From a virus, in IMG/VR virus record IMGVR_UViG_3300017917_003893, positions 64,001 through 128,000 of that record: a stretch of DNA of 64,000 bases. The stretch is one strand, 5' to 3'. The notes under the pieces are model-generated. The model made no database searches, was not told where the DNA came from, and saw nothing but the letters and a program-made list of their open reading frames with translations. Position 1 is the first letter of the stretch; each line of letters starts with the position of its first letter. The translations under genes and the position numbers were made by a program. Below are positions 55,442 through 63,598 of this stretch, one piece after another.

Positions 55442-57181
55442 ATGAAAAATTTCAAAGATTTTATAAAAGAAGAAGTAGATTTAAGAGGAAGTAAAGGTAT
55501 TCCTTCTGATTTTATTTCTAAAGCAGACCAAGAAGCAAGAGCATCTTTAGGTATTAGACCTGATGATGAATCACAAATGATGAGAATTTGGCCTGAGTTT
55601 GAAAGAAACATGAGAGAATCTAGTCAGTTATTAACAACTGGTCCTAATGGTCAAAGACTACCTCAAAATGAAGTTAAAGAAAGAGTTGAAAAACTTGAAA
55701 AACTAGCTGAGAAAGTAGTTAGAGATCAATTTGATGAAATATTAGATACTGCTGTTAAGCCAATTGAGTTAAAGATTAAATTAGTTCCTATGGGTGAGGT
55801 TTCTTCAGAGATATCTGATATTACAAAAGTCCCTAAACAAGCTAAACAGCCTACTGAAGAACAACAAGAAGAACAAGACGAGAAAGACGAAGAAAATAGA
55901 AAAAAAGAACAAGAAGAACAATCTGAAGAAGAAAAAAGACAACAGGCAGAAGAAGGTGAAGAAACACCGGGTACTGACTTAGTTGCTGCTGTTGATAAGA
56001 AGAAAATTCTTAATATGATAACTCAAGCTGCTGGTAAATCTACTAAAGATATTATCAGAGCCTCTGATATTGTTGATGAGGGATTACAAGAAATATTTGG
56101 TGATTCTGCTAGAAGAATTTTAGATTGTTGGGTTAGAATGTCTGACTTAGCTGATAAAATGGACTGGGTTATTCCAATTGGTAGAAAATCACAAATGATG
56201 AAAGATATGCCAGGCGGTATGGCGGGTGCTGTACAACTTAAATGGGAAAGTCATTCAGGTAATTTTTATGATATGAAACTTCTTTTAGAAAAAGAAGCTA
56301 CTAAAATTGTTATTCACGCTACTGGTGTTGATTTTCCTATGTTAATACATGAAACAATTAAAGGTATTTATCTTTTCTTACAATCTGGTGCTATCAAAAA
56401 AGATAAGGAAACAGCTAAAATTGTAAAAGCAGCAACTTCTTCATTTGAAGATGAGGCTCAAGATTTTAGATATGGTCCTCCAGCTTTACAAATGTTACTA
56501 AACTTTGTTAATATGTTCCCTGAATCTAATCAATATAAAAGACTTGATACTAGAGTATTTACAATTTTAGCGGTTGATAAAGAAAGAGCTATGGCTGAAG
56601 CTAAGAATGCTAGTGAAGAACATAAAGAATTCTTAGAAAAGAAAGCAAATGTAGCAAGAACAGATGAACAATTTTTAGAAATTATGAAAAGTTTATTTTC
56701 TGTATTTGATCTTCAAGGCTCTAACTATGTTGTTAATGAAGAAAGATTCAATACATCTTTAGCTAAAAGAGAAATCAAAAAGATTATTGATTATATAGTT
56801 GAGGATATTGAAGAATATAAGAGAGAAATTGAAGAGTGGGAACAAGAACAAAGAGAAAGAGAAGAAGAGTCTAAATATCGTCAAGAATATAATGATGATG
56901 AAGGTACAATTGAACCTGGTCAAGAAGAAGAATCTGAAATAGACGCTTTAATTAAACAAACTTTATATGGTCAAGAAGATGAAACTCCAACATCTAATGA
57001 AATTGATTATTCTGAATTAACTCAAAGAGAGTTACAAGAGTTAATCGATGATGCTTTAGATGCTGGTGATTATGAAAGAGTTAAAATGCTAGCTCAGTAC
57101 ATGAAAGAAGGTAAAGAAGTTTATATGAAAGAACTTGAGAGAATAAATGAATCTCATAGTTTTCATACAAGAAGAAAATAA
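55442..57181 (+). CDS. Large acidic putative virion protein
   Basis: N-terminus MKNFKDFIKEE; FPMLIHETIKG; C-terminal UVR-like LIDDALDAGDYERVK. Confidence 0.7.
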   Translation: MKNFKDFIKEEVDLRGSKGIPSDFISKADQEARASLGIRPDDESQMMRIWPEFERNMRESSQLLTTGPNGQRLPQNEVKERVEKLEKLAEKVVRDQFDEILDTAVKPIELKIKLVPMGEVSSEISDITKVPKQAKQPTEEQQEEQDEKDEENRKKEQEEQSEEEKRQQAEEGEETPGTDLVAAVDKKKILNMITQAAGKSTKDIIRASDIVDEGLQEIFGDSARRILDCWVRMSDLADKMDWVIPIGRKSQMMKDMPGGMAGAVQLKWESHSGNFYDMKLLLEKEATKIVIHATGVDFPMLIHETIKGIYLFLQSGAIKKDKETAKIVKAATSSFEDEAQDFRYGPPALQMLLNFVNMFPESNQYKRLDTRVFTILAVDKERAMAEAKNASEEHKEFLEKKANVARTDEQFLEIMKSLFSVFDLQGSNYVVNEERFNTSLAKREIKKIIDYIVEDIEEYKREIEEWEQEQREREEESKYRQEYNDDEGTIEPGQEEESEIDALIKQTLYGQEDETPTSNEIDYSELTQRELQELIDDALDAGDYERVKMLAQYMKEGKEVYMKELERINESHSFHTRRK

Positions 57182-57190
57182 TTAATAAAA

Positions 57191-59143
57191 ATGAAGTTAT
57201 TTAAGTACAACCAATTTTTAGGTGAGAATCCAATAAATGAAAACCTTGATAAGGCAAAAAAATACATGAAAGAAAGATACCTTTTAAATAAGGTTGCTAA
57301 TGATTTAGGTTTTGTTCAAGGTGAGTTAAAAGCTCAGATGGATCACAAAGAGAAAAGAAGTTTAACTTTAGGTGATTTTACGCCTGAACAACAAGAACAG
57401 ATAAAACAAGGTTTAAGAACTATTAAGTTAACTGACCAAGAGGTTAGAAATATTGAAAGAGAACCCGATTTCTTAAAAATAAGAGAACTTTTGGGTCAAC
57501 AATATATTGGTTGGACTTTTCCGTTTACTTATTTTTATTTTGTTGAGATGGTATCATTGGATGAGTTATTCAATAATGAGGGTTCTATATTAAATAAACT
57601 TATAGAATATAGAGGTCTTTTGGATAAATTACCTAAGAAATTTGACCAAAACTTTATTGATCCTAATATTCCAAATAATGCTGAGGTTTTAGTTGATGGT
57701 TTAGATTCACTTGAAGATTATAGAAAAGTTAAGAAAGTTTTTGATAAATTAACTCCTGTATTGAAAAAAGATTATAATGATTCACCTGAAGTTATTAAAC
57801 AACAATTTGCTGAAGTTGCTCGTGGCTTTGACCAATTAGGTGGTGAAGATGAAGCAAAGAAAGAAAAACTTTGGAAATCATTCTTTGGTGAAGTTAGAAC
57901 AATTGATGCGGATCAAGTAATACATGGTAAAGCTTATAAAAGAGGTGATAAAAGATATTTTGGTCCACTTAACAGATACACTAACATTAGAGAGTTTATC
58001 AAGGCTGGTCAAAACTACTTAAAATCTTCTGAGAACGAATCTATTATTGCTTTTTATGATAAGATTAATAACTGTAATGATAAATATGGTACACAAGGTG
58101 CTGATACGGTATTTGAAGAAAATGGTATATTGATTATTGAAGTTAAATCATTCCAAGCTAACCAATACTTAAATGGACACACAAGACACTGTATTAAAGA
58201 TTATTCATCTCAGTGGGAAAACTATGTTGCTAGTCATGATAATAAACAATATTATATCTATAACTTTAACATACCACAATATGACAATAAGTCAACAATT
58301 GGTATTACTATTGAGCCTGGTCAGAGAATTAGAGCTTGTCACTTAAAAGATGATGCTGGATATTCTAGCAACATTAAATCTCTTTTATCTAGTTGGGAAA
58401 AAGAATATGGTATTAAAGAAGATCTTTTTGCTCAACTTAAACCAATGACTAGTGAAGAAGTTGAGAAAAGAAGAAGAGCTAAAGTGGCAGAAAGAGAAAT
58501 TGTTAAAAAAGGTCTTACGATTGATCAAATTAACAAGTATGTTAAAGAAGATGGTGCTAATATCAATAAAGATAATTGCGTTGCTCTTTTACATGCTGTT
58601 GAAGAAGATGATCTTGAAAAGGCAAAAGTTATTCTTGGTTTAGGTGGTTCACCAAACTTGAGAAGTAAATCTGATGCTATTATTAATAAAGCTCAGTCAC
58701 TTGATATGATTAAAATATTGGTATCTAATGGTTCTGAATTGACTGGAGAAGTATTCAATAATATTTGTAATGATTTAGATGCGGTTGAATACTGTTTGAA
58801 ACAAGGATTAGATCCTAACTTTGATAATTCACTTCCTTTTAGAAGAAGTTGTAAAGGTTCTTGGAAAACTAAAGATGATATTGGAGAAGGATATTTTGAC
58901 GTAATGAAGTTGTTAGTTAAGTATGGTGCTAAATTAACAGACGATAATGGTAGAAATATGCAACTTAAATGGGCAGCAGAGTACGGTAGATTGGACTTTA
59001 TTGACTATATGATAGAGAAAGGTGTTAAGACAGGATTCAAGGCGGCTCTTTCTTGGTTAAATCACAGTAGAAAAATTCCAGATACTAAGAAACAAGAAGT
59101 TGTTGCTTATTTAAATGATAAAGTTAAACAATATGAATCATAA
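57191..59143 (+). CDS. Protein with C-terminal ankyrin repeats
   Basis: GANINKD..ALLHAV, KLLVKYGA and LKWAAEYGRLDFIDYMIEKG. Confidence 0.75.
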   Translation: MKLFKYNQFLGENPINENLDKAKKYMKERYLLNKVANDLGFVQGELKAQMDHKEKRSLTLGDFTPEQQEQIKQGLRTIKLTDQEVRNIEREPDFLKIRELLGQQYIGWTFPFTYFYFVEMVSLDELFNNEGSILNKLIEYRGLLDKLPKKFDQNFIDPNIPNNAEVLVDGLDSLEDYRKVKKVFDKLTPVLKKDYNDSPEVIKQQFAEVARGFDQLGGEDEAKKEKLWKSFFGEVRTIDADQVIHGKAYKRGDKRYFGPLNRYTNIREFIKAGQNYLKSSENESIIAFYDKINNCNDKYGTQGADTVFEENGILIIEVKSFQANQYLNGHTRHCIKDYSSQWENYVASHDNKQYYIYNFNIPQYDNKSTIGITIEPGQRIRACHLKDDAGYSSNIKSLLSSWEKEYGIKEDLFAQLKPMTSEEVEKRRRAKVAEREIVKKGLTIDQINKYVKEDGANINKDNCVALLHAVEEDDLEKAKVILGLGGSPNLRSKSDAIINKAQSLDMIKILVSNGSELTGEVFNNICNDLDAVEYCLKQGLDPNFDNSLPFRRSCKGSWKTKDDIGEGYFDVMKLLVKYGAKLTDDNGRNMQLKWAAEYGRLDFIDYMIEKGVKTGFKAALSWLNHSRKIPDTKKQEVVAYLNDKVKQYES

Positions 59144-59156
59144 AAATATTAAAAAT

Positions 59157-59501
59157 ATGAAATACATTAATTTATTTGAAGAGTTTCAAGAAGGACCAAT
59201 GCAAAAACCAAAAAGTTTTTTTAGTAAAATTGTTAAAGGTGCTAAAGATGTAATGGGTGTGGAAAATAAAGAGGATAGAAAATCACTAGAATCTTTACAT
59301 AAAACCATTTCTGATATGCCTAGTTTTGTGAAAAATGTCAGAGAGATTAAACCAGGTGTTATTGTTGCTTGGATTCTTGACAATTCTATTACTGTTGATA
59401 AGAATACTCCAGAGATTATCTACAAAGGTAAAACACTTGATTTGCATAATACAACTAGTGAAGCTGAGTATCTTTATAATAAATTAATTAATAGACTTTA
59501 A
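59157..59501 (+). CDS. Putative internal protein
   Basis: Start reassigned to MKYINLFEEFQE. Confidence 0.65.
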   Translation: MKYINLFEEFQEGPMQKPKSFFSKIVKGAKDVMGVENKEDRKSLESLHKTISDMPSFVKNVREIKPGVIVAWILDNSITVDKNTPEIIYKGKTLDLHNTTSEAEYLYNKLINRL

Positions 59502-60227
59502 TTATTTACCAAGAATTTGATAAATTAAATAGGCATCATCAACATCTTCATAGGGTTTGGGAGTTGTACTTACTGAAAGTACTTCATCTTTTACAGATTT
59601 ACAGTGCTTAGACCAAAAGTCATCTAATTTTTCATTTTCGACAATAGCTCTAAACATATCTGGTTTTTGAAACTTACCACCAGGTATTCCTAGTTTGTTT
59701 CTATATTCTTCAACTATCTTAATCTTTTTGATTCCGGTTTCCTTTCTAATTGGTTCGTAACTAAACTTACAAGCTTCTAATTTAAGAGTTGATGGAGACA
59801 TTACCCATATATTTTCAGATACTTTATCAAATAGTTTTTTTCTTAAAAGTGTTGAGAAAGTTACCAGGTCAATAAGGTCACCTACTTGAGCACCAAAGTT
59901 ATAACCTTCAATTCCTATTTTAGTTTCTTTTGTTGGATCAATGTTCAAAAGAATATCATCTATTATTTGGTCTGTAATTGCGTCATAATCTTTTAGCTTA
60001 GTTAACTCGCCTTCTGAGTAATCTTCAAATTCTCTATATTCAATGAATTTGTAAGTTACATATTGTTCAGCGGATTTGAACCACTTAGTTATTCCTTTTT
60101 TGCCAAATACTTTGGATTCTCTACAATAGTTGTAGATTTTAAAACTATCACCAGAACTTACTACAAGTGCTGTTGATATTAATGATGGATCAATTGCTAC
60201 TATATTCATAATTCTATATAGTAACAA
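59502..60227 (-). CDS. RuvC-like (RNase H fold) nuclease / Holliday junction resolvase
   Basis: Motifs IVAIDPSL, IGIEGY, SPSTLK and DVDDAY; the real start may be MNIVAID. Confidence 0.7.
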   Translation of the reverse strand: MLLYRIMNIVAIDPSLISTALVVSSGDSFKIYNYCRESKVFGKKGITKWFKSAEQYVTYKFIEYREFEDYSEGELTKLKDYDAITDQIIDDILLNIDPTKETKIGIEGYNFGAQVGDLIDLVTFSTLLRKKLFDKVSENIWVMSPSTLKLEACKFSYEPIRKETGIKKIKIVEEYRNKLGIPGGKFQKPDMFRAIVENEKLDDFWSKHCKSVKDEVLSVSTTPKPYEDVDDAYLIYQILGK

Positions 60228-60234
60228 TTCATGT

Positions 60235-60636
60235 CTACCACCTCTTAGTTGTGTCTTTTGGAGTGTGTCCTATTTTAGATATTACTAATTCGTAGTATGC
60301 GTCAGTTTGTCCAAAGTCTGATGCATATACATATAAGTTAAATTCTTTAAGATGTTCATTTACATCATTAATCAATTCAAATATCTTTGGTTCAACATAA
60401 TGTAAAACGGGCATATCACTTGGAAAATCTATGCCTTTTTCCATAAATTCAATAATAAAACAATTATCATCTTTTTCAATTAAAGATGATTGTAAAGAGT
60501 CTTCTACATAATAATCTAAATTAGGAAACTCATCAGTGATATGATAAAGTATCTCAGTTAAATCTTGATATGATATACCAAAATCATTTTGTAGAGAGAA
60601 TCTTTCTGTTATAAATTGATTGTATTTTTTAATCAT
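60235..60636 (-). CDS. Putative internal protein
   Basis: Start reassigned to MIKKYNQFITE, which is close to the T4 IP capsid-targeting sequence. Confidence 0.65.
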   Translation of the reverse strand: MIKKYNQFITERFSLQNDFGISYQDLTEILYHITDEFPNLDYYVEDSLQSSLIEKDDNCFIIEFMEKGIDFPSDMPVLHYVEPKIFELINDVNEHLKEFNLYVYASDFGQTDAYYELVISKIGHTPKDTTKRW

Positions 60637-60746
60637 TACATCATTCTTAATGTTTGTATAAATGCTACTTTTATTCTTATCCAAGCTCTTTTCTTCCAAG
60701 GTAAAGATTTGAATTCTTCTGTTAAAAAAATATCTTCTAGTTCCAT
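60636..60746 (-). CDS. 36-aa mini-protein (not in ORF track)
   Basis: MELEDIFLTEEFKSLPWKKRAWIRIKVAFIQTLRMM*; directly behind AATATATA and coupled by taatg to the next gene. Confidence 0.55.
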   Translation of the reverse strand: MELEDIFLTEEFKSLPWKKRAWIRIKVAFIQTLRMM

Positions 60747-60763
60747 AATTTCTATATATTAAT

Positions 60764-60794
60764 TTTGACATTATAAGTATTTTCCTTATTTTTG
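60764..60794 (+). promoter_or_regulatory. Bacteroidota-type sigma70 promoter
   Basis: TTTG-N19-TATTTTTG. Confidence 0.55.
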
Positions 60795-60813
60795 TATAAA
60801 TAATCACTACAAA

Positions 60814-61266
60814 ATGGAAGGTCGTAAGTTAAAAAATTCAGATGCTCTTAAATTTATGTTTGCTGGTAAATCTATTTTTACTTTTGTAAACACACAATCT
60901 GGTAATCGTTTTACTTTTAAAATTAAAGCCGCAAAGGATTCTAATTTATTCTTTGTTAGTGTATTAACTAATCCTGATACTTATACTTATATTGGTACTT
61001 GTATTGAAGGTAACTTCAAACATGGTCGTAAATCAAGTGTTTCTCAAGACGCTCAATCAGTAAAAGTATTTCAATATGTTTTGGCTAAATTAAAACTAGG
61101 TACTTTACCTGATTTTATTGAAGTTTGGCACGAGGGTCACTGCGGTAAATGTGGAAGACGTTTAACAGTTCCTTCTTCTATTGAAAATGGCTTGGGTCCT
61201 GAGTGTATTAAAACTTTGTCTAAGTCAGAAAAGCGTGATAAATTTTTAGAACTAATATTAGCATAA
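60814..61266 (+). CDS. DUF6011-like zinc-finger protein
   Basis: CGKCGRRLTVPSSIENGLGPEC; ends KRDKFLELILA. Confidence 0.75.
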   Translation: MEGRKLKNSDALKFMFAGKSIFTFVNTQSGNRFTFKIKAAKDSNLFFVSVLTNPDTYTYIGTCIEGNFKHGRKSSVSQDAQSVKVFQYVLAKLKLGTLPDFIEVWHEGHCGKCGRRLTVPSSIENGLGPECIKTLSKSEKRDKFLELILA

Positions 61267-61748
61267 TGCAATCGATAGTCAGTATTTTATTTTCCTTATT
61301 ACCATTTATTTTTATCTCATATTACTTTTTTAATGTGAGAAAGACAAAGTATATTTCACTTGACTTAAAAACTGGACAAAGATGTTATTCTTGTAAAGAC
61401 AAAATAGAAATAGACCAAGTTGATTTACTTGATATACTTTTAAAAGAAAAAAAGAACTATCGTCTTTGTCATGCTTGTCAACGTGAAGAAAAGCTCGATG
61501 GCTTAATTAATAAAAATAAATCGTCTATCTTACATAAGTTTAATCTTAAACTTATCGATGAAAGATTTGATAAGACATCAAAAATTTTATTAACCTCTAT
61601 TGTTTTCTTATTAATTGTAGATCTTACATTAAAGATTGTATTTGGTATTAAGTGGTTTTCATATTGTTATAATATATTTTTGGCACTTTATTGGTGTTTT
61701 ATGATTTATAGACACAAGTTAATATCAATAAAAAAACCCTCAGAATAA
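61266..61748 (+). CDS. Membrane protein with CxxC..CxxC
   Basis: Three hydrophobic segments, CYSC and CHAC, and an internal QREEKLDGLI. Confidence 0.65.
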   Translation: MQSIVSILFSLLPFIFISYYFFNVRKTKYISLDLKTGQRCYSCKDKIEIDQVDLLDILLKEKKNYRLCHACQREEKLDGLINKNKSSILHKFNLKLIDERFDKTSKILLTSIVFLLIVDLTLKIVFGIKWFSYCYNIFLALYWCFMIYRHKLISIKKPSE

Positions 61749-61761
61749 TCTGAGGGTTTTT
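61731..61761. terminator. Bidirectional terminator
   Basis: aaaaaaccctcaga-ataa-tctgagggttttt. Confidence 0.8.
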
Positions 61762-61800
61762 AGGGCCGACCGGATTCGAAACCGTTCAGTATCCACCACC

Positions 61801-62019
61801 TTATTTTTCTAAACAAGGAAACTTATTATTTTCGATATAACTAATTATACCTCTAATAAATAATTCTTTTATTACAGATTCACAAGTATATGTTTTATCT
61901 GAATAAAATTCAATGTTATTTCTAACATTGTCCATTCCAACTTTATATAAGATATCCATTGGAAAGTTTTTAATTTCTACATTTCTTTCTAATAGTAATT
62001 CTCTTATCATGTGTTTCAT
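61801..62019 (-). CDS. Small hypothetical protein
   Basis: 72-aa ORF in the uvsX operon. Confidence 0.55.
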   Translation of the reverse strand: MKHMIRELLLERNVEIKNFPMDILYKVGMDNVRNNIEFYSDKTYTCESVIKELFIRGIISYIENNKFPCLEK

Positions 62020-62040
62020 TGGAATGTTTTATTTTTTTAA

Positions 62041-62217
62041 TTATTTACCAGCTTTACCTTCTTCAGTAGATGCTGCTCTATATGGAGTAACTAATTTCTT
62101 AATCTCACCTAAAGCTTTTCTTGCTCTTGAGTCTGATACTTTACTTGTAGCTTTGTGATTAGCTTCAAATTCAGCCCAAAGTTTTGCTAGTTGTTCAAAA
62201 ATTTCATTCTTGTTCAT
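62041..62217 (-). CDS. Histone H1-like Hc1 family protein (58 aa, not in ORF track)
   Basis: MNKNEIFEQLAKLWAEFEANHKATSKVSDSRARKALGEIKKLVTPYRAAS...; RARKA..E..K...R..S signature. Confidence 0.7.
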   Translation of the reverse strand: MNKNEIFEQLAKLWAEFEANHKATSKVSDSRARKALGEIKKLVTPYRAASTEEGKAGK

Positions 62218-62265
62218 TTTATTTTATTTTATTTTTGTAATCCCTTAGTATTAAAGGGATTTATT

Positions 62266-63492
62266 TTATCCGAAAATATCATCAGCATCAGATGCATCAG
62301 TGAATCCATTAGAGTCGTCATCATCACCTATCATTTCATTAAACTGGCTTTCTACTTTATCCATCTCGTCAATTGACTTAAATCTAAAGTAATCATTTAC
62401 AATTGGAGCCATCTTATCAAGAACTTCTTTTGTAAAGATATCAGAGTTAAATAATTGTTTAGTTGTAAAAGACTTATCTAAATGTCTTACATACCAACGA
62501 TTACCACCTGGTGTAAAAGTCATTTCTCCTGTTTTCTTATCAACATCCATTTTACCTTGAGCAATACCAATTTGTTCAAAGAACTCAGGACGACAGAAAG
62601 CATCTAATCCTGTATATGGATTAAGACCATTTAAGAAAGATATATCAAATCTAATTTTCTTAGGCTTAGCTAAACGGTTCTTTTGAGTTTTGAAAAGAAC
62701 TGAGATACCAGATTGACCTAAGTCCATATCATCTTCTTCACCAGTTTTTAATTTTGACTTTGAAAGGAATCCTAAAACTGAAGCAGAGTAAACAAGACCC
62801 ATACCACCTTTAGAGATTTCTTTAGGAAATAAATCTTGAGTTAAATAAGTGTGGTTACAACAAACCATAGGAATATCAAGATAACCTAAGTCAGAACTAA
62901 TACTTCTGAAAAGAGCATTTAACTGTTTAGCTCTTGTCATATCTTGTTTGATATCACCTTTTAATAAGTCAGCTTTCTCCTTATTAGATGACATCATACC
63001 GATTGAGTCAAGTACTACTAAGATTTTTGGAATTTCATATCCACCCATTTTAGCTTCTTTTAACTCATCTAATAATTGAGTTAAAGAGATGTTAATATCT
63101 TCAACTTTGTTAGATCTAATTAATCTAAATTTATTTGGATCATTATCAATACCCATTTTAGTAATACCTTCTAAGTCAATTGAGTTTTCAGTGTCAATGT
63201 AGATAACTGAATAACCATCTTTTTGAGCTGATTTACATATTGAGTAAGCAATAAATGATTTACCTGCTCCTGATTCACCTAATAGACCAAAAATACGACC
63301 TGCTAAGATACCACCACCTACTAATTTAGCTGATAAGGCAGCATCAAGTAAGTAAACACCTGTTGAGATGTAACTTCTTTCTTTAATTTCTTTTTCGATT
63401 TGAATTGGAACTGACTTTGCTATGTTGTCCAAAATAGTTCCTACTTTACTGAATTCAAACTTCTTTGTTTCTTTTCCTGTTGTCTTTGCCAT
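62266..63492 (-). CDS. uvsX: RecA/UvsX-like recombinase
   Basis: Motifs ISTG, GESGAGKS, YIDTE, VLDSIG, DMTRAK, NHTY and GGMG. Confidence 0.92.
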   Translation of the reverse strand: MAKTTGKETKKFEFSKVGTILDNIAKSVPIQIEKEIKERSYISTGVYLLDAALSAKLVGGGILAGRIFGLLGESGAGKSFIAYSICKSAQKDGYSVIYIDTENSIDLEGITKMGIDNDPNKFRLIRSNKVEDINISLTQLLDELKEAKMGGYEIPKILVVLDSIGMMSSNKEKADLLKGDIKQDMTRAKQLNALFRSISSDLGYLDIPMVCCNHTYLTQDLFPKEISKGGMGLVYSASVLGFLSKSKLKTGEEDDMDLGQSGISVLFKTQKNRLAKPKKIRFDISFLNGLNPYTGLDAFCRPEFFEQIGIAQGKMDVDKKTGEMTFTPGGNRWYVRHLDKSFTTKQLFNSDIFTKEVLDKMAPIVNDYFRFKSIDEMDKVESQFNEMIGDDDDSNGFTDASDADDIFG

Positions 63493-63536
63493 TTTATTAA
63501 TTTTTATTTTATAATTTATATATTAAGAAACTTACT

Positions 63537-63575
63537 CCCCCTTTCAAAAAAAATTAAAATAATTTTGAAAGGGGG
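63537..63575. repeat. 13-bp inverted repeat in a divergent promoter region
   Basis: ccccctttcaaaa / ttttgaaaggggg. Confidence 0.6.
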
Positions 63576-63598
63576 TTAGGATTTTTTATATATACTTT

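Noticed and set aside
9262-61761. Similar hairpins (acccac../..gtgggt and cctcaga/tctgagg) as a mobile repeat family
   Set aside because: All sit at gene ends with A and T tails and are adequately explained as intrinsic terminators.
61763-61800. Intact tRNA gene
   Set aside because: No D-arm, anticodon arm or 5' acceptor strand.
1830-62376. Short shadow ORFs in the track (1830, 2833, 9142, 11120, 11369, 12307, 15372, 16260, 24070, 27921, 28668, 30983, 31805, 32444, 33385, 33735, 33778, 34404, 35018, 36391, 45374, 54427, 55794, 58452, 59186, 61913, 62191)
   Set aside because: They are off-frame or antisense overlaps of well-supported genes, with compositions typical of shadow frames.
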